Below, in pieces: positions 1-11,480 of a DNA stretch of 36,402 nt. Source of the stretch: Fusobacteriota bacterium (GTDB taxonomy: Bacteria; Fusobacteriota; Fusobacteriia; Fusobacteriales; JBNJFI01). The notes under the pieces are model-generated. The model saw nothing but the letters and a program-made list of their open reading frames with translations, was not told the origin of the DNA and did no database searches. The stretch lies in contig JBNJFI010000007.1 in assembly GCA_051746725.1 (NCBI GenBank), positions 1-36,402 on the forward strand, written 5' to 3'. The number at the start of each line of letters is the position of its first letter. Position 1 is the first letter of the stretch. A program made the position numbers and the translations under genes.

Positions 1-97
1 GGAAACACCTGGTCACATATCGAACCCAGAAGTAAAGTCTTTCAGCGCCGAAAGTATTTAGCGGGCAGCCGCTTGAGAGGATAGGACCTAGCCAAGC
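1..97 (+). rRNA. rrf: 5S rRNA, 3' portion (5' end outside window)
   Basis: Typical 5S motifs ACACCTGGTCACATATCGAACCCAGAAGTAAAG, AGCGCCGAAAGTA, helix GCGG-GCAG-CCGC and 3' GAGGATAGGACCTAGCCAAGC. Confidence 0.93.
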
Positions 98-197
98 TTA
101 TAATAGAATTAAGTCTAAAGGTTATGAGCTATGTCTAAAACATTGCTGATACTCTTTGGGTATTGATATTTTTATTACCTTTGATGGAGGTGCAAGA

Positions 198-347
198 ATG
201 AGAGTTACAGTGCAGTTAGAATGTAAAAAATGTAAGAGAAGAAATTACAGTACTACTAAGAATAAAAAGAATACAACGGAAAGATTAACTCTAAAAAAAT
301 ATTGTAAATTCGATAATGAAGTTACAGAGCACAAAGAAGTTAAATAA
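198..347 (+). CDS. rpmG: 50S ribosomal protein L33
   Basis: [36 protein letters not shown]...HKEVK. GGAGGTG SD precedes ATG at 198, so the start is 198 rather than the TTG at 156. Confidence 0.97.
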   Translation: MRVTVQLECKKCKRRNYSTTKNKKNTTERLTLKKYCKFDNEVTEHKEVK

Positions 348-356
348 TTTTAGTGT

Positions 357-433
357 AGGTCCATGGCTCAATTAGGCAGAGCATCGGTCTCCAAAACCGA
401 GGGTTGGGGGTTCGATTCCCTCTGGGCCTGCCA
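357..433 (+). tRNA. tRNA-Trp (CCA)
   Basis: Cloverleaf, anticodon loop CTCCAAA, TTCGA T-loop, encoded CCA; conserved position between rpmG and secE. Confidence 0.97.
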
Positions 434-466
434 TTTTTTTATTTTTATAAATGATGAGGTGGTAAA

Positions 467-640
467 ATGAAAAGTTACTTGCAGGAAGTAAAAAGTGAAT
501 TCAGAAAAGTTGTTTGGCCTAGCAAAACAGAAATAAAGAATGCTACAACTTTAGTTGTAGTTTTAAGTTTTTGTGTAGGAGTTTATTTAGGGGTTTTTGA
601 TGTACTGTTTATCAAGTTGTTGGAAATTTTTATAGGGTAA
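467..640 (+). CDS. secE: Preprotein translocase subunit SecE (57 aa; not in ORF track)
   Basis: Hand translation MKSYLQEVKSEFRKVVWPSKTEIKNATTLVVVLSFCVGVYLGVFDVLFIKLLEIFIG*. Contains the E-x-x-KVxWP motif and one TM helix; GAGGTGG SD; lies upstream of nusG. Confidence 0.96.
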   Translation: MKSYLQEVKSEFRKVVWPSKTEIKNATTLVVVLSFCVGVYLGVFDVLFIKLLEIFIG

Positions 641-655
641 AATTTGGAGGTAAAA

Positions 656-1246
656 ATGTCTCAAAAGGAATTTGAGAAAAAATGGTATGCCATTCATGCT
701 TATTCTGGTCATGAAAACAAGGTTAAATTGAAGTTAGAAAAGAGAATACAAAATTTGAATTTAGAGCATAAAGTTTTTCGAATAGCAGTTCCTGAAGAAG
801 AAAAAACAGAATTTAAAGATGGAAAAGCAAAGCAAATTACTAATACTTTATTCCCGGGTTATGTTCTCATTGAAATTGAAGTTGAAAAAGAAACAGGTGA
901 GAAGGGAATCGGCTACAAAGTGGACAGTGAAGTCTGGTATGTCATAAGAAATACTCCAGGTGTAACTGGTTTTGTAGGTATTGGATCTACTCCATCTCCT
1001 TTAGATAAAGAAGATGTCACAAGACTTCTTGGTAAAATGGGAGTAGAAGCTAAAAGTGAAATTCCAAAAGTGGATCTAGACATTGAAGTAGGGGATGTTT
1101 GCGAGATAAAAGAAGGAGCTTTTAAGGGAAGTACCGGCGAAGTTTCGAGTATTGATTTTGAGCATAGAAAATTAAAAGTTATGGTAGACTTATTTGGAAG
1201 AATGACTCCTGTTGAAATTGACTTTAATGGAGTTGAGAAAAAATAG
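656..1246 (+). CDS. nusG: Transcription termination/antitermination factor NusG
   Basis: WYAIHAYSGHE, LFPGYVLI, RNTPGVTGFVG and KOW domain ending LFGRMTPVE; GGAGG SD before ATG 656. Confidence 0.98.
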   Translation: MSQKEFEKKWYAIHAYSGHENKVKLKLEKRIQNLNLEHKVFRIAVPEEEKTEFKDGKAKQITNTLFPGYVLIEIEVEKETGEKGIGYKVDSEVWYVIRNTPGVTGFVGIGSTPSPLDKEDVTRLLGKMGVEAKSEIPKVDLDIEVGDVCEIKEGAFKGSTGEVSSIDFEHRKLKVMVDLFGRMTPVEIDFNGVEKK

Positions 1247-1253
1247 ATAAACT

Positions 1254-1278
1254 AGTGGGAGAGTAATCGAAAACCACA
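1254..1278 (+). promoter_or_regulatory. Putative ribosomal protein L1 autoregulatory site upstream of rplK
   Basis: GTGGGAG...AAACCAC stem with asymmetric internal loop just upstream of the rplK SD, resembling L1-binding mRNA leaders. Confidence 0.65.
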
Positions 1279-1298
1279 ATAATTCGGAGGTGTTTTAT

Positions 1299-1724
1299 AT
1301 GGCAAAAAAAGTCATAGGAAAGTTAAAATTACAATTAGATGCAGGAAAAGCAAATCCTGCTCCACCAATTGGTCCAGCTTTAGGGCAACATGGTGTAAAT
1401 ATTATGGAATTTTGTAAAGCATTTAATGCTAAAACTAAAAATCAAATGGGATATATTATTCCTGTTGAGATTGAAGTTTATAAAGATAGAAGTTTTAGTT
1501 TTATAACTAAAACTCCACCGGCTTCAGATTTAATAAAAAAATCTCTAGGAATTCCTAGCGGAGCTGGAAACTCTTTAGAAGAAAAAGTAGGAACTTTAAG
1601 TAAAGATAAGTTAAAAGAAATAGCAGAAACTAAAATGCCAGATTTAAATGCTGGTTCTATAGAGGCAGCTATGAGTATTGTTGCTGGAACTTGTAGAAGT
1701 ATGGGAGTTGAAGTAGAAAAATAG
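1299..1724 (+). CDS. rplK: 50S ribosomal protein L11
   Basis: [47 protein letters not shown] favours ATG at 1299. Confidence 0.98.
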   Translation: MAKKVIGKLKLQLDAGKANPAPPIGPALGQHGVNIMEFCKAFNAKTKNQMGYIIPVEIEVYKDRSFSFITKTPPASDLIKKSLGIPSGAGNSLEEKVGTLSKDKLKEIAETKMPDLNAGSIEAAMSIVAGTCRSMGVEVEK

Positions 1725-1730
1725 ATAATA

Positions 1731-1757
1731 TGTGGTAGGGAGACCGTTAATACCACG
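1731..1757 (+). promoter_or_regulatory. Second putative L1-binding site upstream of rplA
   Basis: GTGGTA/TACCAC stem enclosing a GG-GAGA-CC hairpin, abutting the rplA SD (GAGGAGG). Confidence 0.65.
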
Positions 1758-1768
1758 AGGAGGTAAAG

Positions 1769-2464
1769 ATGTCTAGTAGAGGAAAAAGTTATTTAGAAGC
1801 ATTAGAAAAGGTAGATAGAAAAAAGGAATATGAAGTTGGAGAAGCAATATCATTATTGAAAAACACAGCAAGTGCTAATTTTGTAGAAACTGCAGAAATA
1901 TCTTTGAAATTAGGTGTTGACCCAAGACATGCTGATCAACAGGTTAGAGGTACAGTTGTGTTACCAAATGGGACTGGAAAATCCGTTAAAATTTTAGCTT
2001 TGACTACTTCAAAAATAGAAGAAGCAGAAGAAGCTGGAGCAGATTATGTTGGAGAGGATTATTTAGCTAAAATAAAAGGTGGATGGTTAGACTTTGATTT
2101 AGTTATAGCGACTCCAGAAATGATGCCTAAGTTAGGACGATTAGGAAAAATATTAGGTCCAAAAGGTTTGATGCCGAATCCTAAATCTGGAACGGTAACA
2201 GAAGATATTGGGAAAGCAGTTAAAGAATTTAAAAAAGGAAAATTGGCTTTTAAAGTTGATAAATTTAGTTTAATTAATGTCCCTTTTGGAAAAGTTGATT
2301 TTTCTGAGGAAGCATTAACTGAAAACTTTACTACTTTTATTGAGAAGATAATTGAATTGAGACCTAATGAAACAAAAGGTCAATACATAAAGAAAATTTC
2401 TATTTCTTTAACGATGGGTCCTGGTATAAAATTAGATCCACTTTCAATTTTAAAAAATTTCTAA
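1769..2464 (+). CDS. rplA: 50S ribosomal protein L1
   Basis: [45 protein letters not shown]. Confidence 0.98.
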   Translation: MSSRGKSYLEALEKVDRKKEYEVGEAISLLKNTASANFVETAEISLKLGVDPRHADQQVRGTVVLPNGTGKSVKILALTTSKIEEAEEAGADYVGEDYLAKIKGGWLDFDLVIATPEMMPKLGRLGKILGPKGLMPNPKSGTVTEDIGKAVKEFKKGKLAFKVDKFSLINVPFGKVDFSEEALTENFTTFIEKIIELRPNETKGQYIKKISISLTMGPGIKLDPLSILKNF

Positions 2465-2494
2465 ATAGAATTTCAAATAAAAATAAATAATATA

Positions 2495-2590
2495 AACCAA
2501 AGACCGTAGGTGCTAGCGCTTAATTTCCTACCGAGGTTACCAGTAAAATTAGCATAGGTAACCTCCGTTTTCGGAGGTTATATTATTATA
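2495..2590 (+). promoter_or_regulatory. L10 leader (rplJ-rplL autoregulatory RNA)
   Basis: CCAAAGACCGTAGG...TTAAT..CCTACCGAGG motif followed by the hairpin TAACCTCCG-TTTT-CGGAGGTTA upstream of rplJ. Confidence 0.85.
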
Positions 2591-2603
2591 AGGAGGTGAA
2601 CCA

Positions 2604-3122
2604 ATGCCTAGCCAGAGAAAAATAGAGAAGGTAAAAGAATTAACGGCTAAAATAAAAGAAGCAAAAGTGATTGTATTTGCTAATTATAAAGGGGTTACTG
2701 TTGCAGAAGATACTGAATTAAGAAGAAAGTTTCGAGAAGTTAACGTTGAATATCTAGTAGCTAAAAATAGATTATTTAAGATAGCTTTAAAAGAAGCTGG
2801 AATAGAAGATGATTTTTCAGAAGAATTGAAGGGAGCTACTTCTTTTGCTTTTGGATATGAAGATACAGTTAACGCACCAAAAGTTCTTTATGAATTTGGT
2901 GAAGACAAAGATATACTTGATATAAAAGCAGGATACTTAGAAGGTGAAAAAGTTGCTAAAGAAAAAGTGGAAACTTTGGCAAAGTTACCAACCAAAGAAG
3001 AATTGCTTTCAAAAATGGTTTCAAGTTTACAAGCGCCGTTATCTGGTCTTGTCAACGTATTACAAGGTCCAACGCGAAATTTAGCATATGCTTTAAAAGC
3101 AATTAAAGATGAAAAAAATTAA
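2604..3122 (+). CDS. rplJ: 50S ribosomal protein L10
   Basis: NYKGVTV, ELRRKFRE, VAKNRL, LAKLPTKEELL; position between rplA and rplL. Confidence 0.97.
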   Translation: MPSQRKIEKVKELTAKIKEAKVIVFANYKGVTVAEDTELRRKFREVNVEYLVAKNRLFKIALKEAGIEDDFSEELKGATSFAFGYEDTVNAPKVLYEFGEDKDILDIKAGYLEGEKVAKEKVETLAKLPTKEELLSKMVSSLQAPLSGLVNVLQGPTRNLAYALKAIKDEKN

Positions 3123-3147
3123 AAAATAAAAATGAGGAGGAACAATA

Positions 3148-3522
3148 ATGGCAAAATTAACAACAGAAGAGTTTATAGAAGCAATAAAGGAAATGACAGT
3201 TTTAGAGGTGGCTGAAATAGTAGAAGCATTGGAAGAAGAATTTGGTGTTTCAGCAGCAGCTCCAGTAGCAGTAGCAGGTGCAGCAGCAGGTGGTGCAGCA
3301 GGTGAAGAACAAACAGAATTTGATGTAATTTTAAAATCAGCAGGAGCTAAAAAGATAAAAGTAATAAAAGCAGTTAGATCTGCAACAGGATTAGGATTGA
3401 AAGATGCAAAAGGTCTAGTTGACGATGCTCCTAAAGCAGTTAAAGAAGGTTTAGAAAAAGAAGAAGCCGAAGCGTTAAAAGAAGAATTAGAAAATGCTGG
3501 TGCTGAAGTAGAATTAAAATAA
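3148..3522 (+). CDS. rplL: 50S ribosomal protein L7/L12
   Basis: [12 protein letters not shown] hinge, [27 protein letters not shown]. Confidence 0.98.
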   Translation: MAKLTTEEFIEAIKEMTVLEVAEIVEALEEEFGVSAAAPVAVAGAAAGGAAGEEQTEFDVILKSAGAKKIKVIKAVRSATGLGLKDAKGLVDDAPKAVKEGLEKEEAEALKEELENAGAEVELK

Positions 3523-3543
3523 TAAAAAAATAATCTGAGTATT

Positions 3544-3573
3544 AAGACACTCGCTATTTTCGAGTGTCTTTTT
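3544..3573 (+). terminator. Intrinsic terminator/attenuator between rplL and rpoB
   Basis: AAGACACTCG-CTATTTT-CGAGTGTCTT followed by a T run. Confidence 0.85.
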
Positions 3574-3665
3574 ACGCTTATAATTAAAAGTTAGTAATAA
3601 ACAATTTTAAAAGAATTATTTATTATTAACTTTTAATTTTATTAATACTAATGAGGGGTGAAACC

Positions 3666-6600
3666 ATGAGCAAAATTGTAAAAAGGTTGGATTTCGGAAG
3701 CATAAAAACTCGAGGAGAAATGCCTCACTTTTTGGCATACCAGAGAAATTCATATGAAAATTTTCTGCAATTACACCGAAAACCAGAAGCGCGCGAAGAA
3801 AAAGGATTGGAACAAGTTTTTCAAGAAATTTTTCCAATTGAAGCTGCAAATGAGATGGTTAGAATTGAATATATTCATTATGAGTTACATGATAATGAAC
3901 ATCCATTGGATGATGAGTTAGAGTGTAAAAAGAGAGGAAAGACATATTCTGCATCTTTAAAGGTAAAACTTAGACTAATAAACAAGAAAACAGAAGAAAT
4001 ACAAGAAACATTGGTTTATTTTGGAGAAATACCATTAATGACCGACTTTGCAACATTTATTATCAATGGAGCAGAAAGAGTTGTTGTTGCTCAGTTACAT
4101 AGATCGCCAGGAGTTTCTTTTAATAGGGAAGTTAACAAAAAAACTGGAAAGGAACTTTATACTGGAAAGGTAATACCATATAAAGGGACTTGGTTGGAAT
4201 TTATAACTGATAAATATGATTTTTTAAAAGTCAAGGTAGATAGAAAGAAAAAGATACTGTTACCTACTTTTTTAAAAGCAATAGGTTTTTTTGAATCGAA
4301 CACTGAAATAATGGAAACTTTTTTGGAAACAAAGGCATTTAGTTTAAAGGATCATTTTCATAAATATAAAGACAAAGAAGATCTTATTAGTGAATTAAAA
4401 ACTAAAATAGAAGGAAGCTTTATAAAAGAAGATGTTATAAATGAAGAGACAGGAGAGATATTAATCGATTCAGAAACGGAAATCACAGAAGATGTGATTG
4501 TTACCCTAATTGATTTGGAAATAGAAGAAATAGTATATTGGGAAGTTAATCCTGAGGATATAATTTTAGCTAATGCTTTACTTGAAGATGATACTGCGAA
4601 TCCAGAAGAAGCAGTTGTAAAAGTGTTTAAGAAACTGAGACCGGGTGATTTAGTAACAGTTGATAGTGCCAAAAGTTTAATAGATCAAATGTTCTTTAAT
4701 GAGTATAGATATAATTTGTTAGATGTTGGACGATATAAATTAAATAAAAGATTAAAGCTTAATATACCTGAATCAACAAGAGTTCTTACAAAACAAGATT
4801 TAATAGAAATAGTTAAATATATGAAAGTATTATATAGTGGTGAAGGTTATACAGATGATATAGATAAACTATCTAATAGAAGAGTTCGTGGAGTTGGAGA
4901 ACTACTGAGAATGCAATTTAAGAGTGGGATGGCCAAGATGGAAAAAATGGCTAAAGAAAAAATGACTACTCAAGATATCGGAAGTTTAACTGCTCAATCA
5001 CTTTTAAATACAAGACCACTAAATGCAATGGTTTTGGATTTTTTTGGTAGCGGACAATTATCTCAGTTTATGGATCAAAGTAATCCTTTGGCGGAGCTTA
5101 CTCATAAAAGAAGAATAAGTGCATTAGGACCTGGAGGACTTTCAAGAGAAAGAGCAGGATTTGAAGTTCGAGATGTTCACAATTCACATTATGGAAGAAT
5201 ATGTCCAATTGAAACACCGGAAGGTCCCAATATTGGGCTGATTGGATCTTTAGCTACTTTTGGAAAAGTAAATAGATATGGATTTATAGAAACTCCATAT
5301 TTAAAATTAGATAAAGGGAAAGTTGATTTTAAAAATATAGAATATCTATCAGCAGACGATGAAGAAGGGAAATTTATAGCACAAGCCGATACGTTAATTG
5401 ATGACAACAATGTTATAGATTCAGAGGAAGTTGTTTGTAGATATGATGACGAAATTGTACATATTCCTAAAGAAAAAGCTGAATATTTAGATGTTTCACC
5501 TAAGCAAGTAGTATCAGTTTCAGCTGCATTAATTCCATTTTTAGAACATGATGATGCTAACCGTGCATTGATGGGGTCAAATATGCAGAGGCAATCGGTA
5601 CCACTATTAAAAACAGAAGCTCCTTTTGTGGGGACAGGTGTAGAGAGAAAGGTAGCTGTTGATTCAGGAGCTGTTATTACTTCTAAAATTGAAGGAACAG
5701 TTACAGAAGTTGACGCAAGTCATATTGTAGTTGAAAATAACGATGGTGAAAAAGAGATACATAAACTAATGAACTTTGAAAGATCAAACCAGGCAATGTG
5801 TTTGCATCAAAAACCTATAGTTGATCTCGGAGAAAAAGTCAATAAAGGATCTATATTAGCTGATGGACATTCTACTCAAGGTGGAGATTTAGCTTTAGGG
5901 CGAAATGTAATGATTGCATTTATGCCATGGGAAGGATATAATTTTGAAGATTCGATTTTGGTAAGTGAAAGATTGGTAAAGGATGATATATTCACATCTA
6001 TTCATATAGAAGAGCATGAAATTGAAGCTAGAACAACTAAATTAGGAGATGAAGAAATAACAAGAGAAATTCCTAATGTAGGAGAATCTGCCCTTAAAAA
6101 TTTAGATGAAAACGGCGTAATAAGAGTAGGGGCTCAAGTTAGTACTGGAGATATATTAGTTGGAAAAACTACTCCAAAAGGTGAAACTGAACCGCCTGCA
6201 GAAGAAAAATTATTACGTGCTATTTTTGGAGAAAAAGCAAGAGATGTTAGGGATACATCTTTAAAATTAAAACATGGAGCTAAAGGAACTGTAATTGATG
6301 TATTAGAATTATCAGCAGAAGATGGAGATGAATTAAAAGCAGGAGTAATAAAGAAAATTAGAGTTTATATTGCTGAAAAAAGAAAATTAACTGTTGGAGA
6401 TAAAATGTCTGGAAGACATGGTAATAAAGGAGTTATTTCAAAAATATTACCAGTAGAAGATATGCCATATATGGATAATGGAGATCACGTAGATATAGTA
6501 TTAAATCCGCTTGGAGTACCGAGTCGGATGAATATAGGTCAGGTTTTAGAAACACATTTAGGTCTTGCTGCCGGGAAATTAAATACTCCTATAGCTACTC

Positions 6601-7178
6601 CTGTTTTTGATGGAATTAGCGAAGATCAGATTAAAGATTATCTGGAAAAAGCAGGATACCCTAGAAATGGAAAAATCGATCTTTATGATGGAAGAACAGG
6701 AGATAAATTTGATAATCCAGTAACTGTCGGTTATATGTATGTATTGAAATTACATCATCTAGCTGAAGATAAAATGCATGCAAGAGCAATAGGACCTTAT
6801 TCTTTGGTTACGCAACAACCTTTAGGTGGTAAAGCACAATTTGGAGGACAAAGATTAGGAGAAATGGAAGTATGGGCTTTAGAAGCGTATGGAGCTTCTA
6901 ATATTTTACAAGAAATGTTGACAGTTAAATCAGATGATGTTACTGGACGAACAAAAACTTATGAGGCAATTGTAAAAGGCGAACCAATGCCAGAACCTGA
7001 TTTACCAGAATCATTTAGAGTTTTAATAAAAGAATTTCAAAGTTTAGCCTTGGATGTTGAATTATTTGATAAAGATGGGAATACAATTGATTTAGATGGT
7101 GAAAATAAGGAAGATGAAGGGATAACAGAATTTTCATTAGCTGATTTAAATTCATTAGTTGATTCTGATAAAGAATGA
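3666..7178 (+). CDS. rpoB: DNA-directed RNA polymerase beta subunit
   Basis: [78 protein letters not shown] favours ATG 3666 over 3651. Confidence 0.99.
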   Translation: MSKIVKRLDFGSIKTRGEMPHFLAYQRNSYENFLQLHRKPEAREEKGLEQVFQEIFPIEAANEMVRIEYIHYELHDNEHPLDDELECKKRGKTYSASLKVKLRLINKKTEEIQETLVYFGEIPLMTDFATFIINGAERVVVAQLHRSPGVSFNREVNKKTGKELYTGKVIPYKGTWLEFITDKYDFLKVKVDRKKKILLPTFLKAIGFFESNTEIMETFLETKAFSLKDHFHKYKDKEDLISELKTKIEGSFIKEDVINEETGEILIDSETEITEDVIVTLIDLEIEEIVYWEVNPEDIILANALLEDDTANPEEAVVKVFKKLRPGDLVTVDSAKSLIDQMFFNEYRYNLLDVGRYKLNKRLKLNIPESTRVLTKQDLIEIVKYMKVLYSGEGYTDDIDKLSNRRVRGVGELLRMQFKSGMAKMEKMAKEKMTTQDIGSLTAQSLLNTRPLNAMVLDFFGSGQLSQFMDQSNPLAELTHKRRISALGPGGLSRERAGFEVRDVHNSHYGRICPIETPEGPNIGLIGSLATFGKVNRYGFIETPYLKLDKGKVDFKNIEYLSADDEEGKFIAQADTLIDDNNVIDSEEVVCRYDDEIVHIPKEKAEYLDVSPKQVVSVSAALIPFLEHDDANRALMGSNMQRQSVPLLKTEAPFVGTGVERKVAVDSGAVITSKIEGTVTEVDASHIVVENNDGEKEIHKLMNFERSNQAMCLHQKPIVDLGEKVNKGSILADGHSTQGGDLALGRNVMIAFMPWEGYNFEDSILVSERLVKDDIFTSIHIEEHEIEARTTKLGDEEITREIPNVGESALKNLDENGVIRVGAQVSTGDILVGKTTPKGETEPPAEEKLLRAIFGEKARDVRDTSLKLKHGAKGTVIDVLELSAEDGDELKAGVIKKIRVYIAEKRKLTVGDKMSGRHGNKGVISKILPVEDMPYMDNGDHVDIVLNPLGVPSRMNIGQVLETHLGLAAGKLNTPIATPVFDGISEDQIKDYLEKAGYPRNGKIDLYDGRTGDKFDNPVTVGYMYVLKLHHLAEDKMHARAIGPYSLVTQQPLGGKAQFGGQRLGEMEVWALEAYGASNILQEMLTVKSDDVTGRTKTYEAIVKGEPMPEPDLPESFRVLIKEFQSLALDVELFDKDGNTIDLDGENKEDEGITEFSLADLNSLVDSDKE

Positions 7179-7197
7179 ATAGGAGGCCTTTTAAAAG

Positions 7198-10100
7198 ATG
7201 GGAATTAAAAATTTTGAAAAAGTAAGAATAGGGTTATTATCTCCTGAAAAGATAAAAAAATTATCATTTGGAGAAGTAACAAAGCCGGAAACAATTAACT
7301 ATAGAACATTGAAACCAGAAGTTGATGGTCTATTTTGTGAGAAAATTTTTGGACCAGTAAAAGATTGGGAATGTGCCTGTGGTAAATATAAACGAATGAG
7401 ATATAAAGGATTGGTATGTGAGAAATGTGGGGTTGAAGTTACTAAATCTAAAGTTAGAAGAGAAAGAATGGGACATCTTAAATTAGCTGCTCCAGTTGCT
7501 CATATATGGTATTCTAGAGGGATACCTAATAAAATGGCTTTACTTTTAGGAATCAGTTCTAAAGAATTAGAAGCTGTATTATATTTTGCTAAATACATAG
7601 TCATTAATGCTGGTGAAACGTCTCTTAAAAAAGGAGAAATATTAACTGAACGTGAATATAAACTGTATAAAAGTCAATATGGTAATAAGTTTAAAGCATT
7701 AATGGGAGCTGAAGCAATAAAAAAAGTGTTAGCAGGATTGGATTTGAATGAAGAAGAAGATAGACTGAAGGTCGATTTGGAAGAAGTTGGAAGTAAGCAA
7801 AAAAGAAAAAAAATAATAAAACGATTAAAGATAGTAAGAGACTTTTTGAATTCTAAGAATAAACCAGAATGGCTAATTATGGACTATTTACCTATAATTC
7901 CAGCAGACTTAAGGCCAATGGTTCAATTAGACGGAGGAAGGTTTGCAACTTCAGATTTAAACGATTTATATAGAAGAGTAATAAACCGAAATAACAGACT
8001 GAAAAAATTAATAGATATACATGCCCCAGGAATAGTAGTTAAAAATGAAAAGAGAATGCTTCAAGAAGCAGTTGATGCTCTGATTGATAATGGGCGTCGG
8101 GGTCGGACTGTTGTAACTCAAAAAAATAGAGAATTGAAATCTTTAAGTGATATGTTAAAAGGAAAACAGGGTAGATTTAGACAAAACTTATTAGGTAAAC
8201 GTGTTGATTATTCTGGAAGGTCAGTAATTGTTGTGGGACCAGACTTAAAAATGGATCAATGTGGAATTCCCAAAGAAATGGCTTTGGAATTATATAAACC
8301 GTTTATAATGAAAGAGCTAATAGAAAGAGATATTACCTCAAATATAAAGACTGCAAAAAAGATGGTTGAAAATGGTAATGATAAAGTGTGGCCTTTGATA
8401 GAAGAGGTAATAAAGGATCACCCTATATTATTAAATAGAGCTCCGTCTTTGCATAGATTGAGTATACAAGCCTTTCAACCGGTGTTAATCGAAGGGAAGG
8501 CAATTAGATTGCATCCATTGGTGTGTAATGCATTTAATGCCGATTTTGATGGAGATCAGATGGCAGTACATTTAGTACTGTCTGTCGAAGCTAAAATGGA
8601 AGCAAAACTATTGATGACAGCTTCTCGAAATATAATTGCTCCTTCAAGTGGAGAACCTATAGCAGTACCATCTCAAGATATGGTAATGGGATGTTACTAT
8701 ATGACTAAAGAAAGAAAAGGACAAAAAGGAGAAGGAAAAACATTCTCTAATGTTAATCAAGCTATGTTAGCTCATGATTCTGGAAAAATTGATGTTCAAG
8801 CTTTAATAAAAGTTAGAATAGATGGAGAACTTGTAGAAACTACAGTAGGTAGAATCATGTTTAATGAAATATTACCTAAAGAAATTAGATATTATAAAAA
8901 AACATTTGGAAAAGGTGAATTAAAAAAAATTATAGCTGAACTTTATAAAAAGTTTGGATTTGCAATATCAGCTGAGGTAATTAATGAGATAAAAAACTTT
9001 GGATTTCATTATGCAGCAATAGCAGGTATAACAATTGGGGTAGAGGATTTAGATATCCCAGAAGCTAAAAAAGGAATACTTGAAAAAGCTGATAAAGATG
9101 TAGAAGAAGTTGAAAAGGAATATAAGGCAGGAAAATTAATAAATGAAGAGAGATATAGAAAGACTGTAGATATCTGGGATAAAGCAATAGGTGATGTTAC
9201 AAATGAAATGATGTCAAATCTAGATGAATTTAATCCAGTATATATGATGGCTAACTCAGGAGCCCGTGGTAATACTCGACAAATGAGACAACTTGGAGGA
9301 ATGCGTGGACTTATGGCAGATACCCAAGGTCAGATTATTGAGATACCTATAAAAGCTAATTTTAGAGAAGGTTTAAATATTTTAGAATTTTTCATGTCTA
9401 CCCATGGTGCAAGAAAAGGATTGGCAGATACGGCTTTAAGGACTGCAGATTCAGGGTATTTAACTAGAAGATTAGTTGATGTCTCGCATGATGTAATAAT
9501 AAACGAAGATGAATGTAATGCAGAAAGAGGGATAATCGTCTCTGACTTAATTTCTGAAGGAATTGTAATTGAAAAATTAGCTGAACGAATAACAGGTAGA
9601 CATTTGGCTACTGATTTAATATATGATGGTGAAGTTCTTTACCCTAAGAACACACTTTTAACTGAAGAAAAAGTACAAAAAATTGGTGAATTAGACATAG
9701 AAGCAGTAGAAATTAGAAGTCCATTGACTTGTACTTTAGAAAAAGGGGTATGTCAAAAATGTTATGGAATTGATTTATCAGATCATAAAGATGTTTTACT
9801 AGGAGAAGCAGTGGGAGTTATTGCTGCTCAATCTATTGGTGAACCAGGAACGCAGTTAACCATGAGAACATTTCATACTGGAGGAGTAGCGGAAAAAGGT
9901 GAAACCCAAAGTATGATTACCAGTGAAGTTGATGGAGAAGTAAAATTTGTTGATGTAAGATATATAGAAAAAGATGGAAATAGAATAGTAACTTCTCAAA
10001 GTGCTAAGTTCCAAATTAAAGACAAAGAGTATGAAATTCCTTCAGGAAGTATATTAGATGTAAATGAAGGTGACAAAGTAGAAAATGGAGATAGATTAGT

Positions 10101-11145
10101 TGAATTTGATCCATATCAAGTACCAATAATTGCAGAAGAAGATGGGATTATAGAATATAGAGAAGTACATGTTAAAGAACATTACGATGAAAAATATGAT
10201 GTTATTGAAAGAACTGCTGTAAAACCAGCTGAACATGGAGATACAAGTCCAAGAATGGTTATTTTTGATCATGATGGAGATGATAGAAAAAAATTAATAG
10301 AATACACGATACCTTATGGAGCTTATCTATTTGCTAAGGATAATGAAAAGATTAAAAAAGGAGATATCATAGCTAAAATAGTGAAAAAAGGGGAAGGGAC
10401 TAAAGATATTACTGGTGGTCTTCCAAGAATTCAAGAATTATTTGAAGCTAGAAATCCAAAAGGAAAAGCTATTCTTTCAAAATCAGAGGGAATTGTTAAG
10501 TTATTAGATAAAAAGAAAAAAGGTATGAGAGTTGTCCAAGTAAAACCAGTTGATGAAAATAAAAAAGTAGAGGAATATAAAATTCCATTTGGAGAACATC
10601 TTGTTGTAATGAATGGAATGAAAATAGCTAAAGGAGCAAAATTAACTGGGGGACCAATATCACCACACGATATATTATCTATAATGGGACTTGTTCGTGC
10701 AGAGCAGTATATACTAGAAGCAGTTCAAGGTGTATATAGAGAACAAGGAGTAACAATAAATGACAAACATATAGAAATAATAGTAAAACAGATGTTTAGA
10801 AAAGAAGAGATTACAGACCCAGGAGATTCATTATATCTCAAAAAAGAAATTATAGATAGAAATATATTGAGAAGAAAAAACAAGGAATTAAGAGAACAAG
10901 AAAAGAAAGAAATAAAATCTATTCCAGTGATACAAGGAATAACAAAAGCAGCTGTAAATACTGAGAGTTTTTTATCAGCCGCGTCTTTCCAAGAAACAAA
11001 AAAAGTATTATCTAATGCTGCTCTTGCAGGTAAAGAAGATAATTTAGAGGGATTAAAAGAAAATGTAATATTAGGGAAACAGATACCAGCAGGAACAGGA
11101 TTTAGAGCTTATGAAAATGTAGATTACGAAATAAAAGATAATTAA
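7198..11145 (+). CDS. rpoC: DNA-directed RNA polymerase beta' subunit
   Basis: Zn finger CACGKY..CEKC, catalytic [36 protein letters not shown]. Confidence 0.99.
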   Translation: MGIKNFEKVRIGLLSPEKIKKLSFGEVTKPETINYRTLKPEVDGLFCEKIFGPVKDWECACGKYKRMRYKGLVCEKCGVEVTKSKVRRERMGHLKLAAPVAHIWYSRGIPNKMALLLGISSKELEAVLYFAKYIVINAGETSLKKGEILTEREYKLYKSQYGNKFKALMGAEAIKKVLAGLDLNEEEDRLKVDLEEVGSKQKRKKIIKRLKIVRDFLNSKNKPEWLIMDYLPIIPADLRPMVQLDGGRFATSDLNDLYRRVINRNNRLKKLIDIHAPGIVVKNEKRMLQEAVDALIDNGRRGRTVVTQKNRELKSLSDMLKGKQGRFRQNLLGKRVDYSGRSVIVVGPDLKMDQCGIPKEMALELYKPFIMKELIERDITSNIKTAKKMVENGNDKVWPLIEEVIKDHPILLNRAPSLHRLSIQAFQPVLIEGKAIRLHPLVCNAFNADFDGDQMAVHLVLSVEAKMEAKLLMTASRNIIAPSSGEPIAVPSQDMVMGCYYMTKERKGQKGEGKTFSNVNQAMLAHDSGKIDVQALIKVRIDGELVETTVGRIMFNEILPKEIRYYKKTFGKGELKKIIAELYKKFGFAISAEVINEIKNFGFHYAAIAGITIGVEDLDIPEAKKGILEKADKDVEEVEKEYKAGKLINEERYRKTVDIWDKAIGDVTNEMMSNLDEFNPVYMMANSGARGNTRQMRQLGGMRGLMADTQGQIIEIPIKANFREGLNILEFFMSTHGARKGLADTALRTADSGYLTRRLVDVSHDVIINEDECNAERGIIVSDLISEGIVIEKLAERITGRHLATDLIYDGEVLYPKNTLLTEEKVQKIGELDIEAVEIRSPLTCTLEKGVCQKCYGIDLSDHKDVLLGEAVGVIAAQSIGEPGTQLTMRTFHTGGVAEKGETQSMITSEVDGEVKFVDVRYIEKDGNRIVTSQSAKFQIKDKEYEIPSGSILDVNEGDKVENGDRLVEFDPYQVPIIAEEDGIIEYREVHVKEHYDEKYDVIERTAVKPAEHGDTSPRMVIFDHDGDDRKKLIEYTIPYGAYLFAKDNEKIKKGDIIAKIVKKGEGTKDITGGLPRIQELFEARNPKGKAILSKSEGIVKLLDKKKKGMRVVQVKPVDENKKVEEYKIPFGEHLVVMNGMKIAKGAKLTGGPISPHDILSIMGLVRAEQYILEAVQGVYREQGVTINDKHIEIIVKQMFRKEEITDPGDSLYLKKEIIDRNILRRKNKELREQEKKEIKSIPVIQGITKAAVNTESFLSAASFQETKKVLSNAALAGKEDNLEGLKENVILGKQIPAGTGFRAYENVDYEIKDN

Positions 11146-11159
11146 TAATAATAACAAAG

Positions 11160-11192
11160 AATTAGCACCAAAATACTTTTTTGGTGCTAATT
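11160..11192 (+). terminator. Hairpin terminator after rpoC
   Basis: AATTAGCACCAAAA / TTTTGGTGCTAATT 14-bp stem. Confidence 0.75.
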
Positions 11193-11234
11193 ATATTAAA
11201 TTGTTATATAAATTATTAGAAATAGGAGGATTTG

Positions 11235-11480
11235 ATGCAACCTATAGGAATTGGATTTGGAAATATAGTTGTGGATAATAAGATTGTAGCAATTGTGACC
11301 CCAGAAGCGGCTCCAAGCAAGAGACTTAGAGAGGAAGCTAAGGCTCAAAATATGCTAATAGATGCAACTAATGGAAGGAAAACAAGAGCTTTGATAATAA
11401 CAACTAGCAATCACGTTGTCATGTCCGCAGTTAATCCTGAAACTATATCTTCTAGATTAAATGATGAGGAGAAAAAATGA
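11235..11480 (+). CDS. RemA/DUF370-family small protein
   Basis: [47 protein letters not shown]; typical location before gmk. Confidence 0.9.
   Translation: MQPIGIGFGNIVVDNKIVAIVTPEAAPSKRLREEAKAQNMLIDATNGRKTRALIITTSNHVVMSAVNPETISSRLNDEEKK

Noticed and set aside
5030..5145. Intrinsic rifampicin-resistance substitutions in RpoB
   Set aside because: Cluster I reads [25 protein letters not shown], with the key Gln, Asp, His and Ser residues in the sensitive state.
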